IMG/VR virus record: IMGVR_UViG_3300027704_000014
Span: 1 to 64,000 of that record
DNA: 64,000 nt
Strand: one strand, 5' to 3'
Origin: a virus
A model generated the notes under the pieces. That model did not search any database. It was given only the letters and a program-made list of their open reading frames with translations, and was not told the DNA's origin. This document shows, one piece after another, positions 57,676 through 64,000 of this stretch; within the stretch, counting starts at the first letter, position 1; each line of letters begins with the position of its first letter. The position numbers and the translations under genes were made by a program.

Positions 57676-59000
57676 GTGTGTTTATATATGAACTCTTTTT
57701 TATGTGTTAGTACAGTAAAGTTATGCTCTGCAATTTCTCTACAAAATTTCAAGTAATCTTCTAATGCTTCGCCTTCTAATTTGCATAGTCTGTCTACTTC
57801 CTTGAGTATAGCAATAAGCCTAAGCCAGTTATCTTCAATGCTATCATAACTCTCGTCTATTACTGGTGAATATGTTTTATACCCTAGCCCTCGTAAATAC
57901 TTTAATGTATGCGGTGTTGCACATAGTACAAAAGGATGTCTAAATAAAATTGCTTTAAATATCTTTTCACTGAGGAAACAACTATCTTCCCAATCTCTAT
58001 ATTCTGTAAAGAATATAGTTTCACTTACTAAACTAAAGTAAGTATCTTCGTACAGTTTATCTATGTGATCAGATGTTTCTAGTTGTGCTTGGTTTATGCT
58101 TAGATCAGGCTTGTCTAATGTTAGTTCACCTATATTAGAAATCCTTTCTCTGTTAGCAACTAGCACACGGTGTATGCCTTCATGAAAAAGAAATGACTCT
58201 TGTATTATGTAGTCTAATTCCGTTGTCCATGTTCTATTGTCATCTGATTTTGCTAAACTAACATGCCCTAACTTTAATAAGTCTGAACTTTCTAATAGTG
58301 CTGTCATTAAAGGTCTATGCAAACGCCACCGCCTATTAAAGTTTAAAAACTTCTTAGGATACTCTTTACTTTGTAATACATTAGGCATCTTGGCTTTGCC
58401 ATTTGCTACCTGGGTTGCTAGACCTGCGTCTCCATTAATCGGCACCAGGTGGCCGCCCCCTGCTGGAACCTCATGTGAGTGGCTGTCTGATGGAAGAGTC
58501 ATAGTATGTATTCCATATTTGTCTGCTATCATTCCGAACCAGTCAGATTGTACAGCAAATTCAAATTCTAACATACTGTGATATTGAAAAGGCCTTCTAC
58601 CGTATAGTTTTACATATTCATCAAATTTTTGTTGCAAATCTAATGCACCTGAGAACAGTATTAATTTCTGTGGTGGTATTTCATATCTGTCAATAACCCA
58701 TTCGTATATTTCACCAATAAGATTACTAAAGCCTTCGTGGAAGTTTTCAAGTATTATATAACATTCATCATTAGGATCTTTAATCCTAGACATTAAATCA
58801 GGTCCAACGTCTTTTGATATGTTGGCGAGATTAAGACTTACTACTGATTTAAATTCTATTAAATAGTAATCAATAGGATCGGCATCCCAATCTTTAATTC
58901 TAGTAACCATAGATACTGCACGGTGCTCTCTAATGAATATTTCGTTTCGACTGCCCTGTGTATCGTAGTACCAGTATCCGTCTGAATTAAGAAGCGGCAT
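57672..59000 (-). CDS. Glycosyltransferase-like protein (ET...SEK family)
   Basis: FLNFNRRWRLHR and FSLVSET...FLSEKIFK...HPF...DESYD motifs; start uncertain (59000 or 59051). Confidence 0.55.
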   Translation of the reverse strand: MPLLNSDGYWYYDTQGSRNEIFIREHRAVSMVTRIKDWDADPIDYYLIEFKSVVSLNLANISKDVGPDLMSRIKDPNDECYIILENFHEGFSNLIGEIYEWVIDRYEIPPQKLILFSGALDLQQKFDEYVKLYGRRPFQYHSMLEFEFAVQSDWFGMIADKYGIHTMTLPSDSHSHEVPAGGGHLVPINGDAGLATQVANGKAKMPNVLQSKEYPKKFLNFNRRWRLHRPLMTALLESSDLLKLGHVSLAKSDDNRTWTTELDYIIQESFLFHEGIHRVLVANRERISNIGELTLDKPDLSINQAQLETSDHIDKLYEDTYFSLVSETIFFTEYRDWEDSCFLSEKIFKAILFRHPFVLCATPHTLKYLRGLGYKTYSPVIDESYDSIEDNWLRLIAILKEVDRLCKLEGEALEDYLKFCREIAEHNFTVLTHKKEFIYKHT

Positions 59001-60081
59001 CTGACTTGTTGCCCCAATCAGCGTCTGTCTTATCAAATCCTTCACCAGCAATAGTTGCTTCTACATCAATTGCTTCTGCGGCTTCTCTGTTTTCTATAGT
59101 CTTTTCATCCAGTTCTGAAAGTTCTCTTTTAGGAATAATAATATCTGTACCACAATGACAATGCATCTTGTCACATATAACAGTTCTAGGTTCTACATAA
59201 CGAATGTCTTTCATTATGTGTCCTACTTCGCCACTTACACCACAACTTGCTAATGTAATTTGTCCTGTTGGACTAATAAAGATACTGTCTCCTATACGGC
59301 ATTCCCAACCTGTAAAAAAGTTTTGTCTGCGTACAATAACATCATTACTGTTACAAGGCTCAGTTGATCCGTCTGCATACAAGTTAAAACTTTGTGCTTT
59401 ACTTTCTTTATATGGCTTAGGAATTGTAAACTCCATTTCGCAACTGTGTGATTCAATAAACTTTGTTTTATCATCGTCGTCATACTTCCATGGACCTGCG
59501 TTAACAGTCATTTCGTCATATAGTGGTGTCCATTCAATGAAGTAGTTAGGCATTGCTTTTTTAAGCTCTTCGCCATATTCTACGACTTCCCAAAATCTTT
59601 CATCATGTAATAACAGTTTAGTAGCAAGGTAGTTTACTTTGTCACATAGGAACATATTCTTTTCTTTATAACTAGCCTTGTCAGCAAACTCTACGTGAAA
59701 ACTTGCAACAATGTCATCAAACAAATGTACATGTTTCTGCCACCATGCTAGTGGTCTACTTAGGTTTGTGTTTACAGCAATAGTTGCGTCTGGCAACTTA
59801 GCTCTTAGATATTCTACAATCGGAATAAAGTGTTTCCATGCAGTTGGCTCTCCGCCACTAAAGAAAAACTTATAATGCTTGTAGCCATCTTTCTTGTAAT
59901 TTGCAATTATTGTATCTAAATTGTCTAGGTAAATTTGTAAGTCGCCCTCATTACGAAAGTCTCCTAACCAGTTACCAGGATTACAATAACTGCAACTATA
60001 GTTACAGAAGTTGTTTACCTGCCAGGTAATACTGAGATATTTCTCAGGTGCTTCAACCGCAATTAATTTTGTTCTATCCAT
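58987..60081 (-). CDS. Radical SAM enzyme with C-terminal Cys-rich (twitch-like) domain
   Basis: CNYSCSYC, FSGGEP and WEC...SC...CDKMHCHC motifs. Confidence 0.88.
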   Translation of the reverse strand: MDRTKLIAVEAPEKYLSITWQVNNFCNYSCSYCNPGNWLGDFRNEGDLQIYLDNLDTIIANYKKDGYKHYKFFFSGGEPTAWKHFIPIVEYLRAKLPDATIAVNTNLSRPLAWWQKHVHLFDDIVASFHVEFADKASYKEKNMFLCDKVNYLATKLLLHDERFWEVVEYGEELKKAMPNYFIEWTPLYDEMTVNAGPWKYDDDDKTKFIESHSCEMEFTIPKPYKESKAQSFNLYADGSTEPCNSNDVIVRRQNFFTGWECRIGDSIFISPTGQITLASCGVSGEVGHIMKDIRYVEPRTVICDKMHCHCGTDIIIPKRELSELDEKTIENREAAEAIDVEATIAGEGFDKTDADWGNKSDAAS

Positions 60082-61391
60082 TGTCTAACCTCTAATAATC
60101 TGGGTGAGATCTCTGCAAGTTCTTCACCACGCATTTTGTCCATTACATCGTTTTCTTTAAAAAATTCTTCTAGCTTATCCCTGTTCTCTTCGCCATTACG
60201 CAACGTCATCATAATCATTTTAAATGTATCATTCATGTTGCTGTCTTCTGGTTTAGGAAATTTCTCATAGTACAGTCTAAACTCTCGCATCAGATCAAGT
60301 CTAAACTTCTCAGGTAATATAGATATGTTTGCCCAATCTGGAGCAGTAAGCATATTTAGCCTTGGGGGATTAGTTATTGACGTAAATCCGTTCTCAAACA
60401 TCCAGTCAAACATTTCACTGTAATGCCAAATGTTCCATAGGCTAATTGTAGGTGTTAATCCTAATCTAATCTGTGGCGCACGTTCTCTAATAGCAAACAT
60501 ATTTTTCTTAATACGTTCCCATTTAAATCCTTTACGAATTATGTCGCCTGCTTCTCCAACTGCATCAATACTTGCCCACATTTCAATATCTGGGAAATGT
60601 TGCCATAGCTCAAACAAGTCTCGCTCGCCTTTAACTTTATCTTGGTATTTGATTTTACTCATGTTAGTAGTATAGTTTAGCCTAATGTCTTTGGCCATGC
60701 CGTTCTCAATCCAATAATCTAAGCATTCATAATGCTCAGGGTGGACTAGAATCTCGCCGCCTGCAAAGTAAACTTCTTGTACATCATTTAAGTGTGGCTT
60801 TAGTGCCTCCATGAACGAGCCGTCTGCATTTACACTCAGTAGTGTTTCTCTGCCTTTACGGTTAATCCATGTAGTCTCATCTACTAGTTTTAATTTTTCG
60901 TCGCCCCATAAGTTAGAGCATCCAGGCCCACAACTACGACATTTAAAATTACAAAGATTACTAAATCGTATATCCATGTATTTCATTTTAAAGTCTTCAA
61001 TACCACCATCTTCTTGCGTATCAAGTAGCATTGTAATATTTTCTCTAGTGTTCTCGGGCTTTTTGGTTGTAAATTGTTGTGTGTTTTGACTAATACGCAA
61101 ACTCCATGTGCCTACTTTCTCTAGGTCATAGCATCGTTGGCAACGAGCGTCCGGCTCATCTGCTAACATCTTCTTACGCATTACTTTGTATTCGTCACTG
61201 TTCATTACATCAATAATAGTATCACCAGCTTTGTATTCAGCAACTGGTTCAGCACTATCAGCAATACAGCAAGGCATAATTCTATCATCAGGCCAAGCAT
61301 GCATGTGAATCCACGGTAATACACAAAAGTGCTTACTGTCTTCTACAGCCTTAATTAAATTAGGCTCTTCAGCTATGTTATAGTCTGACAT
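60063..61391 (-). CDS. Radical SAM enzyme with N-terminal twitch/SPASM-like domain
   Basis: CVLPWIH..PCC..CQRC; CNFKCRSC; FAGGE. Confidence 0.88.
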   Translation of the reverse strand: MSDYNIAEEPNLIKAVEDSKHFCVLPWIHMHAWPDDRIMPCCIADSAEPVAEYKAGDTIIDVMNSDEYKVMRKKMLADEPDARCQRCYDLEKVGTWSLRISQNTQQFTTKKPENTRENITMLLDTQEDGGIEDFKMKYMDIRFSNLCNFKCRSCGPGCSNLWGDEKLKLVDETTWINRKGRETLLSVNADGSFMEALKPHLNDVQEVYFAGGEILVHPEHYECLDYWIENGMAKDIRLNYTTNMSKIKYQDKVKGERDLFELWQHFPDIEMWASIDAVGEAGDIIRKGFKWERIKKNMFAIRERAPQIRLGLTPTISLWNIWHYSEMFDWMFENGFTSITNPPRLNMLTAPDWANISILPEKFRLDLMREFRLYYEKFPKPEDSNMNDTFKMIMMTLRNGEENRDKLEEFFKENDVMDKMRGEELAEISPRLLEVRQWIEQN

Positions 61392-62642
61392 TTACTCCAT
61401 ATCCTGTAATGGTTTTAGTTCTGGGAAGGCATCAAAGAAGTTCTCTCCCCTAAGTTTATTTAACCGATAAGTCATATGAAAGAAGTCTTTCTTGACTTCT
61501 TCCCATGTATCTTTTTGAGCAGCAAAGCCAGTGCCGCTTTTTATTAGTCCGTCTATTGCTCTTTCGCCTTGATACATACCCATAAGTTTTGCTTTTGCAG
61601 TCTCTTTCATACTTTTTGGCAATGCCTGAGCACAATAATGCTTAGGATTTGCCGCCAAGTACAAACTGTTATAAAAGTCTTTATCATAATCTAATAGTCC
61701 TGCTCCACTCATATATTCAAAGAACTCGTATAATGTATAATAGTTCATTATACTTAATACAGTATTCATTTGGAAACTAATATGTTCTGTGGCTCTGAAC
61801 TTTTTAAGGTTTGTCTCTACTCTGCCCCAATCAGTACCGTGTCGCATACATTCTGCTCTTTCGCCAAAGTGATCTATACTGCAACTCACTTCCACCTTAT
61901 CGAAGTGTTTCCACAGTGCAAAAATATCTTTGTCTTTGTACGACACTGTACTGGCATTAGTGTTATATCGCAACACTGTGTCTGTTTTGCCTTTACGGAT
62001 TAACTCCTCTAGTATAATATAATGTTCCGGAGTAATTAACGGTTCTCCTCCAGCAAAGTATGCAATATCAATATGATCAACCTGATCTAATATCTCTTCT
62101 AATACTCCGCCTTCTTCATTATCAACATGGATAATAACCGGACCGTCTGGCTTCCAAGACTTTTTATCCTCTAGTGCCCACTGGCTACTAAATTCACTAC
62201 CACAACTACGACACTTGAAATTACAGATGTTGCTAAAACGGATATCAAAATATCGCATCTTCATTTCATCTACATGCCCATCTTCGTGTGTCATTTCTAA
62301 ACTTTCATCAAAGTACTTACCGAAGTGCTCTATGCTGTACTTTCTGAAACTGTGTGGGCCTGCTTCTTCATGCGAATAACAAAAATCACATATCTTGTGA
62401 TGTTTCTCATTCAACATATCCATACGCAAGTTCTTCATGAACTCGCCATTGAATGCTTCTTTAAGAGATACGTCTGCTGTATTAGCTATAGGCATTGTGT
62501 AGTCGTTGCTACAGCACGGAAATATGTTACCCAAGGGTGTTGCATTCAAATGCGTCCATGGATACATACAAAAGGTTTTAGACTCGTTTAACAAGTAATC
62601 TTTGTCTAACTCTTTGAGTTTTAAATACTCTGACGTACTCAT
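61392..62642 (-). CDS. Radical SAM enzyme with N-terminal twitch/SPASM-like domain
   Basis: CMYPWTH..PCC..CDFC; CNFKCRSC; FAGGEP. Confidence 0.88.
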   Translation of the reverse strand: MSTSEYLKLKELDKDYLLNESKTFCMYPWTHLNATPLGNIFPCCSNDYTMPIANTADVSLKEAFNGEFMKNLRMDMLNEKHHKICDFCYSHEEAGPHSFRKYSIEHFGKYFDESLEMTHEDGHVDEMKMRYFDIRFSNICNFKCRSCGSEFSSQWALEDKKSWKPDGPVIIHVDNEEGGVLEEILDQVDHIDIAYFAGGEPLITPEHYIILEELIRKGKTDTVLRYNTNASTVSYKDKDIFALWKHFDKVEVSCSIDHFGERAECMRHGTDWGRVETNLKKFRATEHISFQMNTVLSIMNYYTLYEFFEYMSGAGLLDYDKDFYNSLYLAANPKHYCAQALPKSMKETAKAKLMGMYQGERAIDGLIKSGTGFAAQKDTWEEVKKDFFHMTYRLNKLRGENFFDAFPELKPLQDME

Positions 62643-63955
62643 TCTATCAGTAACCTTGCTAATTTTGGGAACACTTTTTTAAAGTCTTCGCCTCTACGAG
62701 CATCTATTTTTCTAACTTCATTCCTAAACACGTCTTGTAGTTGGTCCCACTTATCAGCACTTCTTGCTAATTCATGCATTGATTCTATTGCTGACATCAG
62801 CCGTGTTACCTGTCCATACATAATTTTGGCACGACCGGGTCGACCGTCCCCTTCATAAAGATCATCTGGTGCTAAGGCTTTTAACTTTTCAAAGTATTTT
62901 AAATGTTCCGCTGCAATAGACTCTTTGAGATCTGTTGGCATGCACTGAAATGAGAATTCTTCTGGACTGTATATAGGATTAATTTGCCAAGCACCGCCAT
63001 TAGGTTCAATCCACGGTGGTATATTTTGATCTATTAAGTAATCAAAGAAACTTGTGAGTGACCCATAGTTGAAAATGCTAACAGACGTTGTAATACTTAA
63101 CTCTACTATTGGTGATCCTAGCAATGTTCTATAGTTTTTCATTACTTCGTCCCACTTAGTACCTGCTCGTATATATTCTGCTTGGTCGCCAAAGTGATCT
63201 AAACTACCGTACACCTGTACTCTATTATCAAACTTACTCCATAAGTTAAGTAAATCTTTATCTTTAAACTTTAACTTACTGAGGTTTGTATTGTAACTAA
63301 GTAATATATCTGTGCGTCCTACACGAATCATTTCTTCTAACAATTCGTAATGATCTTCTGTTATAAGAGGTTCGCCACCTGCAAAGTATGCTCGTTGTAA
63401 GTTAGGTATTTGTGCATATAAATCTTGTTGTATTTTAGAAACATCTACAGTATTTGTAGGAATATTATAATGTTGCCCGTCTTTAGCATCTTCTATTTCC
63501 CATTGGCTACTATACCCGCTACCACAAGTCCGACACTTCATATTACATAAGTTACTAAAACGTATGTCTAAGTAACGCATTTTAAAATCGTTTAGTGTAC
63601 CATCCTCATTTGTATCATCGAATGCAGATGGCAAGAAATGACCGTATTCACGCAAAGTTGTTTTTCTAAAACTTTCCATACTTTGTTCTTGCTTGTAACA
63701 AGTGTTACATGCATTAGGTTTTATACCGTTAAGCATATCTAGCCGCATTTTATTCATTGCCGGGCTGTTCATCCAATCGTCTATGCCGTCTTCCTGCTTA
63801 CCAACAATATCTAGTGTATTTTCTGTATTAGTAATACAGCAAGGCATAATATTATGATCAGGTGTTAAGTGTATATGCATCCAAGGTAAGGCGCATAGCG
63901 ATTCTTTTTTTGCCTTTTCTATATCTATGTTTGTTAAATCAATTTTCTTCTTCAT
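62639..63955 (-). CDS. Radical SAM enzyme with N-terminal twitch/SPASM-like domain
   Basis: CALPWMH..PCC..CNTC; CNMKCRTC; FAGGEP. Confidence 0.88.
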   Translation of the reverse strand: MKKKIDLTNIDIEKAKKESLCALPWMHIHLTPDHNIMPCCITNTENTLDIVGKQEDGIDDWMNSPAMNKMRLDMLNGIKPNACNTCYKQEQSMESFRKTTLREYGHFLPSAFDDTNEDGTLNDFKMRYLDIRFSNLCNMKCRTCGSGYSSQWEIEDAKDGQHYNIPTNTVDVSKIQQDLYAQIPNLQRAYFAGGEPLITEDHYELLEEMIRVGRTDILLSYNTNLSKLKFKDKDLLNLWSKFDNRVQVYGSLDHFGDQAEYIRAGTKWDEVMKNYRTLLGSPIVELSITTSVSIFNYGSLTSFFDYLIDQNIPPWIEPNGGAWQINPIYSPEEFSFQCMPTDLKESIAAEHLKYFEKLKALAPDDLYEGDGRPGRAKIMYGQVTRLMSAIESMHELARSADKWDQLQDVFRNEVRKIDARRGEDFKKVFPKLARLLIE

Positions 63956-64000
63956 GGGTACTCTTACATAAGTTCCAGAAATCTTCCATCTCTGGGAATG
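63939..64000 (-). CDS. 3' end of a further probable radical SAM paralog (truncated by window edge)
   Basis: Translates FPEMEDFWNLCKSTHEEEN*, matching the FPE/FPK tails of the neighbouring paralogs. Confidence 0.4.
   Translation of the reverse strand, partial: FPEMEDFWNLCKSTHEEEN

Noticed and set aside
1-64000. Stop-codon reassignment, tRNA genes, integrase or IS elements
   Set aside because: TAA, TAG and TGA all end full-length genes under code 11, and no cloverleaf, transposase or integrase motif was seen by eye (tRNAscan not run).

Overview
This window is a 64 kb segment of a large, AT-rich, T4-superfamily-like or jumbo phage, probably aquatic, using the standard genetic code. It has five blocks. 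(1) 1-8.7 kb: three large virion/tail-fibre genes. (2) 9.5-18.6 kb: a replication block with a DsbA-like protein, a family B DNA polymerase and a probable sliding clamp, followed directly by a TGT/DpdA-like transglycosylase. (3) 17-28 kb: a dispersed 7-deazaguanine pathway (DpdA-like, QueD-paralog/DpdL-like, FolE, QueE; no QueC in the window) interleaved with a GT-B glycosyltransferase, GalE, a purine PRTase, MazG-like and Fpr. (4) 28-38.5 kb: RNase H, two glutaredoxins, FabZ-like, a MoxR/VWA pair and hypotheticals. (5) 38.5-64 kb: a mostly minus-strand tailoring-enzyme island with tandem radical SAM paralogs, a B12 radical SAM, amidinotransferase, carbamoyltransferase, DegT aminotransferase, SGNH-like and glycosyltransferase-like paralogs, and an 11-module GT-A-like protein. 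Main observations: the DpdA-like protein and the DNA polymerase end in the same M-x-x-FFEF peptide, a probable clamp-binding tail; the deazaguanine cluster may make a sugar-decorated base; a stem-loop at 35.3 kb has a loop complementary to AGGUAGG leaders and pairs over 18 nt with the tail-fibre 3' UTR; and IHF-like boxes are phased upstream of four sigma70 promoters. All calls come from motif recognition by eye; no searches were run.
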